From Burkholderiales bacterium (GTDB lineage: Bacteria > Pseudomonadota > Gammaproteobacteria > Burkholderiales > SG8-39): a DNA stretch of 64,000 nt. Positions 47,871 through 58,165 of this stretch are shown in pieces (the first letter of the stretch is position 1; each line of letters starts with the position of its first letter). Where the stretch lies: positions 10,370-74,369 of the forward strand of contig JBFWWT010000009.1 of NCBI GenBank assembly GCA_050246035.1, given 5' to 3'. The translations under genes were made by a program, and so were the position numbers. The notes under the pieces are model-generated. The model searched no databases. It saw nothing but the letters and a program-made list of their open reading frames with translations, and was not told the origin of the DNA.

Positions 47871-49366
47871 GGCGCGAACTCGTCCTCGCCGAAGCCGAGC
47901 AGCTCCGACTGGGTCTTCTTCCCGGAGGCGGTCTCGAGGATGAGCTGGAAGATGCGCTCGCCCACCTGCTCCACGGTCTCGGTGCCGTCGACGATCGTGC
48001 CGCAGTTGACGTCCATGTCCTCTTCCATGTGCCGGTAGAGGCGGCTGTTGGTGGCGAGCTTGAGCGAGGGCGCGGGCTTGCAGCCGAACACCGAGCCCCG
48101 CCCGGTGGTAAAGCACACGATGTTCGCCCCGCCCGCGACGTGGCCGGTGACCGAGACCGGGTCGTAGCCCGGCGTGTCCATGAAGACGAAGCCCTTCGCG
48201 GTCACCTTCTCCGCGAACTCGTAGACGTCGACGAGGTTCGTCGTGCCACCTTTCGCCGCGGCGCCGAGCGACTTCTCCAGGATGGTGGTGAGGCCGCCCG
48301 CCTTGTTGCCGGGCGAGGGGTTGTTGTTCATCTCCATCCGGTTGCGCTGCGTGTAGTCCTCCCACCAGCGGATGCGCGCGAGGAGCTTCTCGCCCACCTC
48401 GCGGCTCACGGCGCGGCGCGTGAGCAGGTGCTCCGCGCCGTAGATCTCCGGCGTCTCGGAAAGGATCGGCGTGCCGCCGTGGCGCACGAGGAGGTCGGCC
48501 GCGTGGCCGAGCGCGGGGTTCGCGCTGATCCCCGAGTAGCCGTCCGAGCCGCCGCACTCGAGCCCGAGGATGAGGTGGCTCGCGGGCACGGTCTCGCGCT
48601 TCGCCTTGTTCGCTTCGGGCAGCAGCGCCTTCACGCGCGCGATGCCGTCCTTGACCGCCTTGGTGGTGCCGCCCTTTTCCTGGATGGTGAAGGCCTGCAG
48701 CTTCTCGTTGATCTTGAGCTTCGCGCTGCCCAGCCACGTGGCGATCTGGTTCGCCTCGCAGCCCAGCCCGATGCTCACCACGGCGTGGAAGTTGGGATGC
48801 TGCGCGTAGCCGGTGAGCGTGCGGCGCAGGAGCTCCATGCCCTCGCCCTCGGAGGCCATGCCGCAGCCGGTCTTGTGCGTGAGCGCGACCACCCCGTCCA
48901 CGTTGGGGTAGTCGGCGAGGTTATTGCGGAAGTGGTCAGCGACCATGCGCGCCACGGTCGCCGAGCAGTTCACGCTCGTCAGGATGCCGATGTAGTTGCG
49001 CGTCGCCACGCGGCCGTCGGCGCGCACGATGCCCTGGAAGGTCGCGGGCGGACTCTCGTAGTCGACCGGCTTCACGCCCGCGCAGAACGCGTAGTCGCGC
49101 TCGAACTCGCCCATGGCGAGGTTGTGCACGTGCACGTGATCGCCGGGCCGGATGGCCTTCGTCGCGAAGCCGATCACCTGGTTGTAGCGCCTCACGGGCT
49201 GGCCCGGCTCTACGGCGCGGGCCGCGACCTTGTGGCCAGGCGGGATGAGCGCTGCCGCGCGCACGTTCTCGCGCGGCACGAGCGTGCCCGCCGGAATCTC
49301 GACCCGCGCGATGACGACGTCGTCGTCGGGGTGAAGGCGGATCGTGAGGTCGGCGGCCTGGAGCAT
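47846..49366 (-). CDS. UxaA-family (altronate/galactarate-type) sugar-acid dehydratase
   Basis: 506 aa. SAF-like N-terminal domain (IARVEIPAG), then the UxaA catalytic domain (GLECGGSDGYSG, CFTTGRGS). Confidence 0.85.
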   Translation of the reverse strand: MLQAADLTIRLHPDDDVVIARVEIPAGTLVPRENVRAAALIPPGHKVAARAVEPGQPVRRYNQVIGFATKAIRPGDHVHVHNLAMGEFERDYAFCAGVKPVDYESPPATFQGIVRADGRVATRNYIGILTSVNCSATVARMVADHFRNNLADYPNVDGVVALTHKTGCGMASEGEGMELLRRTLTGYAQHPNFHAVVSIGLGCEANQIATWLGSAKLKINEKLQAFTIQEKGGTTKAVKDGIARVKALLPEANKAKRETVPASHLILGLECGGSDGYSGISANPALGHAADLLVRHGGTPILSETPEIYGAEHLLTRRAVSREVGEKLLARIRWWEDYTQRNRMEMNNNPSPGNKAGGLTTILEKSLGAAAKGGTTNLVDVYEFAEKVTAKGFVFMDTPGYDPVSVTGHVAGGANIVCFTTGRGSVFGCKPAPSLKLATNSRLYRHMEEDMDVNCGTIVDGTETVEQVGERIFQLILETASGKKTQSELLGFGEDEFAPWVVGATM

Positions 49367-49369
49367 CCG

Positions 49370-51109
49370 CTAGTGATTATCGCGCGGAACGAAGTCGCCG
49401 CTCCCGCCGACGAGGAAATCGAGGTCCGCGCCCTCGTGCGCCTGCAGCACGTGGTCGAAATAGAGCTTCCAGTAGCCGCGCGCGAGCGGCGCCTTCGGCT
49501 TCTTCCACTTCGCCCGCCGCTTCGCGAGCTGCCGCGGGGGCACGAGGAGGTGCAGGCGCCGTTTGGCCACGTCGAGCTCGATCCAGTCCCCGTTCTCGAC
49601 GAGAGCGAGCGCGCCGCCCGCCGCCGCCTCGGGCGAGACGTGCAGGACCACGGTGCCGTAGGCCGTGCCGCTCATGCGCGCGTCCGAGATCCTCACCATG
49701 TCGGTGATCCCCTTCTTCAGGAGCTTGGGCGGCAGCGGCATGTTGCCCACCTCGGCCATCCCGGGGTAGCCCTTGGGGCCGCAGTTCTTCAGCACCAGGA
49801 TCGATTTCGCGTCGACCTCGAGGGTCGGATCGTCGATGCGCCGGTGGAAGTCCTCGATGTTCTCGAAGACCACGGCACGCGCCTTGTGCCTGAGCAGCTT
49901 CGGCGTTGCCGCGGAAGGCTTGATGATGGCCCCGTCCGGGCAGAGGTTGCCGCGCAGCACCGCGATGCCGGTGTCCTTCTTGAAGGGCTTCCTGAACGTG
50001 TGGATGACGTCGCGGTTCCAGCAGCGCGCGTCCTTGCTGTTCTCCCAGATCGAGCGGCCGTTCACGGTGAGCGCGTTCCGGTGGAGCTTGCCGTTCTCGC
50101 CCAGCTCGCGGATCACCACGGGCAGCCCGCCCGCGTAGTAGAAGTCCTCCATCAGGTACTTGCCCGAGGGCATGAGGTTGAGGAGGGTGTGCACGCCGCG
50201 CCCGAGGCGATCCCAGTCGGCGAGCTTCAGGTCCACGCCGATGCGACGCGCGATCGCCGTCAAATGGATCACCGCGTTGGTCGAGCCGCCGATCGCCGCG
50301 TTCACGCGGATCGCGTTCTCGAACGCCTGGCGCGTGAGGATTTTCGAGAGGCTCAGCTTCTCCCTCACGAGCTCGACGGCCCGCCGGCCCGCCATGCGCG
50401 CGAGCACGTTGCGGCGCGCATCGACCGCGGGAATCGCCGCGTTGCCGGGCATGCCGACGCCGAGCGACTCGACCATCGAGGCCATGGTGGAGGCGGTGCC
50501 CATGGTCATGCAGTGCCCGTGCGAGCGGTGCATGCAGGACTCGGCCTCGTGGAACTCCTCCAGCGAGATCTTGCCCGCGCGCAGGTCCTCCGACATCGAC
50601 CAGACGTTGGTGCCCGAGCCGATGTCGGTGCCGCGATACTTGCCGGAGAGCATGGGGCCGCCGGAGACGGCGATGGTCGGCAGGTCCACGCTCGCCGCGC
50701 CCATGAGGAGCGCCGGCGTCGTCTTGTCGCAGCCCACGAGGAGCACCACGCCGTCGAGCGGGTTGGCGCGGATCGACTCCTCCACGTCCATGCTGGCGAG
50801 GTTGCGGTAGAGCATGGCCGTGGGCCTGAGCAAAGTCTCGCCGAGCGACATCACCGGGAACTCGAGCGGGAAGCCGCCCGCCTCGAGCACGCCCGCCTTC
50901 ACGTGCTCGGCGATCGTGCGGAAGTGCGAGTTGCAGGGCACGAGCTCGGAGTAGGTGTTGCAGATGCCGATCACGGGCCGGCCGTCGAACTGGTCCTGCG
51001 GGATGCCGCGGTTCTTGGTCCAGCTGCGGTAGATGAAGCCGTAGATGTCCTGACGGCCGAACCACTGCACGCTGCGCAACGGGATGGTCCTGCGGGTCTT
51101 CTTGGCCAT
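49370..51109 (-). CDS. IlvD/Edd-family dehydratase (arabonate/xylonate-dehydratase-like)
   Basis: 579 aa. VGCDKTTPA, SGGPM and MGTASTM blocks of the IlvD/Edd family. Its N-terminus differs from biosynthetic IlvD. Confidence 0.9.
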   Translation of the reverse strand: MAKKTRRTIPLRSVQWFGRQDIYGFIYRSWTKNRGIPQDQFDGRPVIGICNTYSELVPCNSHFRTIAEHVKAGVLEAGGFPLEFPVMSLGETLLRPTAMLYRNLASMDVEESIRANPLDGVVLLVGCDKTTPALLMGAASVDLPTIAVSGGPMLSGKYRGTDIGSGTNVWSMSEDLRAGKISLEEFHEAESCMHRSHGHCMTMGTASTMASMVESLGVGMPGNAAIPAVDARRNVLARMAGRRAVELVREKLSLSKILTRQAFENAIRVNAAIGGSTNAVIHLTAIARRIGVDLKLADWDRLGRGVHTLLNLMPSGKYLMEDFYYAGGLPVVIRELGENGKLHRNALTVNGRSIWENSKDARCWNRDVIHTFRKPFKKDTGIAVLRGNLCPDGAIIKPSAATPKLLRHKARAVVFENIEDFHRRIDDPTLEVDAKSILVLKNCGPKGYPGMAEVGNMPLPPKLLKKGITDMVRISDARMSGTAYGTVVLHVSPEAAAGGALALVENGDWIELDVAKRRLHLLVPPRQLAKRRAKWKKPKAPLARGYWKLYFDHVLQAHEGADLDFLVGGSGDFVPRDNH

Positions 51110-51110
51110 G

Positions 51111-51815
51111 TCAGTAGGTCGCCCTGCCTCCGGAAATGTCGAACACCGCTCCCGTCGAGAACGCGCAATCGTCGCTGGCCAGCCAGCAGACGAGCGCCGC
51201 GATCTCCTCGACTGTGACGAAACGCCCCATTGGAATCTTGGAGAGCATGAACTGGATGTGGCTCTCCGTCATCTGCTCGAAGATCGCGGTCTTCGCTGCG
51301 GCCGGCGTCACGCAGTTCACCAGCACGCCGGACTGCGCGAGCTCCTTGCCCAGCGACTTGGTGAGCGCGATCACGCCCGCCTTGGAGGCCGAGTAGGCGA
51401 CCGCGTTGGGGTTGCCCTCCTTGCCGGCGATCGAGGCGATGTTGACGATGCGCCCGTAGCCCGCTTTCACCATGTGCGGCGCCACTGCGCGGCAGCACAG
51501 GAACTGGCTGGTGAGATTCACGCGCAGGACCCGCTCCCACTCCTCGATCGGGTACTCCGCCGTGGGCTTGTTCATGCCTGCGACGCCGGCGTTGTTGACG
51601 AGGATGTCGATGCGGCCGAAGTCGGCGAGCGCGCGCGCGGTCGCGCGCTCGATCGCCGTCGGGTCGGTGACGTCCACCGGGTCGTCTTTCGAGCCCACGT
51701 CCCAGACGCGAACCGTCGCGCCGGAGGCCTTCATGCGCTCGGCAATCGCCGCGCCGATGCCGATGCGTCCCCCCGTCACCACGGCGCAGCGGCCTTCGAG
51801 ATCGAGCTGGTTCAT
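51111..51815 (-). CDS. Short-chain dehydrogenase/reductase
   Basis: ATG at 51815. VVTGGRIGIG, NNAG, YSASK. Confidence 0.8.
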   Translation of the reverse strand: MNQLDLEGRCAVVTGGRIGIGAAIAERMKASGATVRVWDVGSKDDPVDVTDPTAIERATARALADFGRIDILVNNAGVAGMNKPTAEYPIEEWERVLRVNLTSQFLCCRAVAPHMVKAGYGRIVNIASIAGKEGNPNAVAYSASKAGVIALTKSLGKELAQSGVLVNCVTPAAAKTAIFEQMTESHIQFMLSKIPMGRFVTVEEIAALVCWLASDDCAFSTGAVFDISGGRATY

Positions 51816-51823
51816 CGCTGCCG

Positions 51824-52522
51824 TCACGCCTCCTTCCAGTCCCTGCTGTAGCGCTTGCGCGTCATGTCCATGTGGCGATGCATGGCGGCGCGCGCGGCCG
51901 CGGGATCGCGAGCGGCGATCGCGCGCAGCACGGCCGCATGCTCGCGCAGCGTGTCCCCGGCCATCGCCGGGTATTCCAGCTTTTTCTCCAGGGCGCGGTA
52001 CAGCGGCCCTACGCGCTGGTCCCACAGCGTCTCCACCACGAGCACGAGGGCGCTGTTGCCGGTCGCCTCCGCGATGCGCACGTGGAACGCGCGGTCCGCG
52101 CCGAGCGGATTGTGGTTCGTCTTCGCTTCGCGCTGCAGCTCGGCGTGCGCCTTGCGGATCGCGCGCAGCTGGGCGGCGGTGCCGTGCCGCGCGGCGAGCG
52201 CCGCGCAGTCGCCCTCGATCATCCAGCGCGCGCGGATGACCTCGAAGGGCCCGGAGTCGTCGCCGAGCGGCAGGGCGGCGGGCTTGGCGCGCGGCTGCGC
52301 GACATAGATGCCCGAGCCCACGCGTACCTCGAGCAGGCCCTGCACCTCCAGCGCGATCAGCGCCTCGCGCAGGCTCGGGCGCGACACGCCCAGGCGTCGC
52401 GCGAGCTCGCGCTCGGCGGGCAGGCGCTCGCCCGGCGCGATCGAGCCCTTCCGGATGAGCCTGCGCAGCTGCTCCGCGATCTGCAGATAGAGGCGGCGCG
52501 GCTCGACGGCCTGCAGGCGCAT
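51824..52522 (-). CDS. GntR-family regulator, FadR (FCD) subfamily
   Basis: HTH ERELARRLGVSRPSLREAL plus an all-helical FCD-type C-terminal domain. Confidence 0.85.
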   Translation of the reverse strand: MRLQAVEPRRLYLQIAEQLRRLIRKGSIAPGERLPAERELARRLGVSRPSLREALIALEVQGLLEVRVGSGIYVAQPRAKPAALPLGDDSGPFEVIRARWMIEGDCAALAARHGTAAQLRAIRKAHAELQREAKTNHNPLGADRAFHVRIAEATGNSALVLVVETLWDQRVGPLYRALEKKLEYPAMAGDTLREHAAVLRAIAARDPAAARAAMHRHMDMTRKRYSRDWKEA

Positions 52523-52559
52523 GGTCGGAGGAGACTAGTGGGGGTGCCGGGAATTGGTC

Positions 52560-52576
52560 AAGTGGTCAGACCACTT
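52560..52576. promoter_or_regulatory. Candidate GntR/FadR operator AAGTGGTC-A-GACCACTT
   Basis: Perfect 8+1+8 palindrome with a TGGTCnGACCA core, in the divergent gap between gntR and dctQ. Confidence 0.5.
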
Positions 52577-52703
52577 GGGCCATGCTGCGCCGCGCCAGCG
52601 CGTTTCCGCTTGACGCCCGCCGTGCCGGTGTGATTTCCTGCGCGCGGTAGCCAAGGCAGCATCCGGAGGACCGCGGGACGGGAGACCTGCGGCAAGGGAG
52701 GAG

Positions 52704-53231
52704 ATGCGCTTGACGCAAGCCAGGGTCAGATTCGTCGTCCGCGCGCTGGACCGCTTCGCCGAATGGTGCGGGCTGGTCTTCTGCTGGATGATCATTCCGC
52801 TCGTCTTCGCCATGGTGTACGAGGTGATCGCGCGCTACGGCTTCCACGCGGCGACCATCTGGTCCTACGACGTCTCCTACATGCTGTACGGCTCGCATTT
52901 CATGCTGGGCGCGGCCTACACGCTGCTCAAGGGCGGGCACATCCGCACCGACGTCTTCTACATGAACTGGAGCCCGCGCACGAAGGGCATCGTGGACGCG
53001 AGCCTGTACCTGTTCTTCTTCTTCCCCGGCATGGCGCTCTTCTTCTGGATGGGCCTGCAGGAGGCGCTGCACTCCTGGGACATCCGCGAGGTGTCGGACG
53101 CAAGCCCCTGGCGCCCGCCGATCTATCCGCTGAAGTCGACCATCCCGCTCGCCTGCGCGCTGATCTTCGTGCAGGGCATCTCGGAGTTCCTGAAGAGCGC
53201 GTACGCCGCCGTGAAGGGCGAGCCGCTGTGA
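52704..53231 (+). CDS. TRAP transporter small permease (DctQ-type)
   Basis: 175 aa, 4 TM segments, GGAGG-like RBS. Typical HIRTDVFY block. Confidence 0.85.
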   Translation: MRLTQARVRFVVRALDRFAEWCGLVFCWMIIPLVFAMVYEVIARYGFHAATIWSYDVSYMLYGSHFMLGAAYTLLKGGHIRTDVFYMNWSPRTKGIVDASLYLFFFFPGMALFFWMGLQEALHSWDIREVSDASPWRPPIYPLKSTIPLACALIFVQGISEFLKSAYAAVKGEPL

Positions 53232-54550
53232 GCAACGAGTACCTCGGCCTCGTCCTGCTCGGGGCGCTGCTCGCCGGCATCTTCGTCGGCTTCCCGATCG
53301 CCTTCACGCTGATCATCCTGTCGGTGGTGTTCGGCTACATCGGCTTCGGCGACACCGTGTTCTACCTCATGGTGTTCCAGACCATCGGGCTGATGAAGGA
53401 GGAGACGCTCGCCGCGGTGCCGCTGTTCATCTTCATGGGGCACGTGCTCGAGCAGGCCGGTCTCATGGAGCGATTGTTCAAGTCGTTCCAGCTCATCCTC
53501 GCGCCGGTGCGCGGCTCGCTCTACCTCGGCGTGCTCCTCACGGCGACGCTCTTCGCCACGGCGACGGGCATCATCGGCGCCTCCGTCACGGTGATGGGCC
53601 TGATGGCGGCGCCCGCCATGATCAAGGCCGGCTACGATCCGAAGATGTCCGCGGGCGCGATCACGGCCGGCGGCACGCTCGGCATCCTGATTCCCCCCAG
53701 CGTCATGCTCGTGGTCATGGGCCCCGTGGTCGGCGTGTCGATCATCAAGCTGTTCGCCGCCGCGATCGTGCCGGGCCTCATCCTCGCCGGCTTGTACATC
53801 GGCTATTGCATGGTGCGCAGCTACCTGGACCCGAAGCTCGGGCCCCCGCTGCCGCGCGACCAGTGGGCCACCTCCGCGTGGCAGGTCATCTGGGAGTTCC
53901 TGGCCGGCATCGTGCCCATGGCGACGATCATGTTCTGCTCCCTGGGCAGCATCATCTTCGGTCTTGCGACGCCGACCGAGGCCGCCGCCATGGGCGCGGC
54001 GGGCGCGGTCCTGCTGACGGTCATGTATGGCAGGCTCAGCCTCAAGTCGATCCGCGAGGCCTGCCTGAAGACGCTGGAGACCTCCAGCCTGGTGCTGTTC
54101 CTGGCGGTCGCCTCGAACGTCTACGGCGCGGTGTTCACGCGACTGGGCACCAGCACGATGATGGCGGAGACGATGCTCGCGCTCCCGGTGTCGCCGGACG
54201 CGATGCTGCTCCTGCTGATGGCGCTGATCTTCCTGCTCGGCTGGCCGCTCGAGTGGCCGGCGATCGTGTTCATCTTCCTGCCGATCTTCATGCCGGTGGT
54301 CCAGGCGCTGAAGATCGACCTCGTGTGGTTCTGCACCCTGGTCGCGGTCAACCTGCAGACGGCGTTCCTGTCGCCGCCGGTGGCGATGGCGGCCTACTAC
54401 CTCAAGGCGGTGGCGCCCAAATGGGAGCTCGGCCAGATCTACCGCGGCATGGGCGCGTTCATGCTGCTGCAGATGGTGGGCCTCGCCATCGTGTTCCTGT
54501 TCCCGCAGACGGCGCTGTGGCTGCCGGACCTGCTCTTCGGCAAGAACTAG
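53228..54550 (+). CDS. TRAP transporter large permease (DctM-type)
   Basis: GTG overlaps the dctQ stop (GTGA). 440 aa polytopic protein. Confidence 0.9.
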   Translation: MSNEYLGLVLLGALLAGIFVGFPIAFTLIILSVVFGYIGFGDTVFYLMVFQTIGLMKEETLAAVPLFIFMGHVLEQAGLMERLFKSFQLILAPVRGSLYLGVLLTATLFATATGIIGASVTVMGLMAAPAMIKAGYDPKMSAGAITAGGTLGILIPPSVMLVVMGPVVGVSIIKLFAAAIVPGLILAGLYIGYCMVRSYLDPKLGPPLPRDQWATSAWQVIWEFLAGIVPMATIMFCSLGSIIFGLATPTEAAAMGAAGAVLLTVMYGRLSLKSIREACLKTLETSSLVLFLAVASNVYGAVFTRLGTSTMMAETMLALPVSPDAMLLLLMALIFLLGWPLEWPAIVFIFLPIFMPVVQALKIDLVWFCTLVAVNLQTAFLSPPVAMAAYYLKAVAPKWELGQIYRGMGAFMLLQMVGLAIVFLFPQTALWLPDLLFGKN

Positions 54551-54596
54551 CGCCATTCACTCACCCGAAAGGGAATCACCCGCAAGAGGAGGACAT

Positions 54597-55700
54597 ATGC
54601 AGAAGCTAGCTCGTGCAGCAATCGCCGCGGCGGCGCTCGGTGTCGCCGCGGCGGGACCGGCCTGGTCCCAGAAGCCGATCGTCCTGAAGGGACAGTCGTC
54701 GCATCCCGCGTCGTCCAACTTCCACCTGGTCTTCAAGACCTGGGGCGAGACGGTCGAGAAGATGTCGGGCGGCAAGGTGAAGATGGAGACCCTGCCCGCC
54801 GGCGCGGTGGTGCCGGCGTTCGAGGTGTTCGACGCCACCTCGCGCGGCGTGCTGGAGGTCGGGGCCTCGCCCTTCGGCTACATCCTCGGCAAGAGCCTCG
54901 CCGGCATTCCGCTCTCGCACGGGCCGCTCTTCGGCATGGACGGGGTGGACTACTTCGGCTGGTACTACGACGGCGGCGGCATGAAGCTGCTGGAGGAGTT
55001 CTACCGCGATGTCATCAAGCTGAACCTGGTGAGCTTCCCGGTGCCGACCGACTACCCGCAGGGCCTGGGCTGGTTCAAGAAGCCGATCAAGAGCCTGGAG
55101 GATCTGAAGGGCATCAAGTACCGCATCTACGGCATCGGCGCGGAGACCTACAAGCGCCTCGGCGTCTCCGTGGTCACGCTGCCGGGCGGCGAGATCGTGC
55201 CGGCGATGGAGCGCGGCGTGATCGAGGGCTCGGAGTGGATCAACTGCACGGAGGACAAGAAGCTCGGCCTGCACAACGTGGCCAAGCACTACTACACGCC
55301 CGGCATGCACGAGCCCGTCACCGGCGGCCAGCTGATGATCAACGGCAACACGTGGAAGAAGCTGGGCGCGGACGTGCGCGAGATGATGCAGGTGGCGAGC
55401 GTCTACGCGGTGACCAAGCGGAACGCCGAGTTCGTGCGCGAAACCGCCGAAGCCTGCAAGGAGCTGATCGCGGGCGGCGTGCAGATGCACCGCACGCCGG
55501 ACGAGATCCTGATCAACTTCCTGAACGAGTGGGAGAAGATCCAGTCCGAGTACGCGGCGAAGGACCCCTTCTACAAGAAGGTGATCGACAGCCAGCGCAA
55601 GTACGCCGAGCTCGTGGTGCCGTTCCGCCTGTCGTGGTATCCGCCGTACGACTTCGCGGGCAACTTCTACTGGAAGGACAAGGTGTACCTGAAGAAATAG
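54597..55700 (+). CDS. TRAP transporter substrate-binding protein
   Basis: Signal peptide MQKLARAAIAAAALGVAAAGPAWSQ. 367 aa. It looks like the TakP / COG4663 branch (from memory, not verified). Confidence 0.85.
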   Translation: MQKLARAAIAAAALGVAAAGPAWSQKPIVLKGQSSHPASSNFHLVFKTWGETVEKMSGGKVKMETLPAGAVVPAFEVFDATSRGVLEVGASPFGYILGKSLAGIPLSHGPLFGMDGVDYFGWYYDGGGMKLLEEFYRDVIKLNLVSFPVPTDYPQGLGWFKKPIKSLEDLKGIKYRIYGIGAETYKRLGVSVVTLPGGEIVPAMERGVIEGSEWINCTEDKKLGLHNVAKHYYTPGMHEPVTGGQLMINGNTWKKLGADVREMMQVASVYAVTKRNAEFVRETAEACKELIAGGVQMHRTPDEILINFLNEWEKIQSEYAAKDPFYKKVIDSQRKYAELVVPFRLSWYPPYDFAGNFYWKDKVYLKK

Positions 55701-57379
<1,679 letters not shown>

Positions 57380-57383
57380 GCGC

Positions 57384-58142
57384 CTAGAACATCGAGCTGG
57401 AGAAGCCGCCGTCCACCGGCAGCGCGGTGCCGGTGACGAAGTCGCTCGCGCCGCTGGCGAAGAACACCGCCGTGCCGGCGAGGTCCGCGGGCTCGCCCCA
57501 GCGCCGCGCGGGCGTGCGGCCCACGACGCGCTCGTGCATGCCCGGGATGTTGCGCCGCGCGGCCTGCGTGAGCTCGGTGTCGATGAACCCGGGCAGGATG
57601 CTGTTCACCTGGATGTTGTCCTTCGCCCAGGCCGCGGCGAGGCTCTTGGTGAGCTGCACCACCGCGCCCTTGGTTGCCGCGTACACCGGCCCGACGTCGA
57701 AGCCGAAGATGCTGGTCATCGAGCCGATGGTGACGATCTTGCCGCCGCCGCGGCGCTTCATCTCCGGGTAGGCCGCCAGGCAGCACTCGAACACGCTCGA
57801 CAGATTCGTGTCGACGATGCGGTGCCACTCCTCCATGGAGTAGTCCTGCGGCGGCTTGCGGATGTTGATGCCGGCGTTCGCCACCAGGATGTCCAGGCCG
57901 CCGAAGGCCGCGACGGTCTCGGCCACCATGCGCTTGACCTGGGCGCCATCGTTGACGTCGGCGACGATGCCGATCGTCCTGCCGCCGAGCGCCTGCCGGG
58001 CCGCGGCGTTCTTCGCGTCGTTGCGGCCCGCGATTGCGATCTCCGCGCCCGCTTCCCGCAGCCCCCGGGCGATGCCCAGGCCGATGCCGCCGTTGCCGCC
58101 GGTCACGAGCGCGACTTTTCCCTTGAGCTCGAAAGGATTCAT
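57384..58142 (-). CDS. SDR, KduD / gluconate-5-dehydrogenase-like
   Basis: ATG at 58142 (MNPFELKGKVALVTGGNGGIG). YAATK. Confidence 0.8.
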   Translation of the reverse strand: MNPFELKGKVALVTGGNGGIGLGIARGLREAGAEIAIAGRNDAKNAAARQALGGRTIGIVADVNDGAQVKRMVAETVAAFGGLDILVANAGINIRKPPQDYSMEEWHRIVDTNLSSVFECCLAAYPEMKRRGGGKIVTIGSMTSIFGFDVGPVYAATKGAVVQLTKSLAAAWAKDNIQVNSILPGFIDTELTQAARRNIPGMHERVVGRTPARRWGEPADLAGTAVFFASGASDFVTGTALPVDGGFSSSMF

Positions 58143-58165
58143 GGGAAAAGTGTAATGGGGTAAGC

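Noticed and set aside
47807-51217. A 1136-aa plus-strand ORF, plus other very long antisense ORFs such as 1144-4122, 34750-36858, 36876-39629 and 22370-24328.
   Set aside because: These are mirror-image ORFs opposite well-supported genes. Their translations are dominated by R/A/G/H/D/V with no motifs, which is the typical antisense artefact of GC-rich genomes.
52610-52640. A sigma70-like -35 hexamer TTGACG upstream of dctQ.
   Set aside because: No convincing -10 hexamer lies at 15-18 bp spacing (candidates TGATTT and ATTTCC are poor). It was left uncalled.
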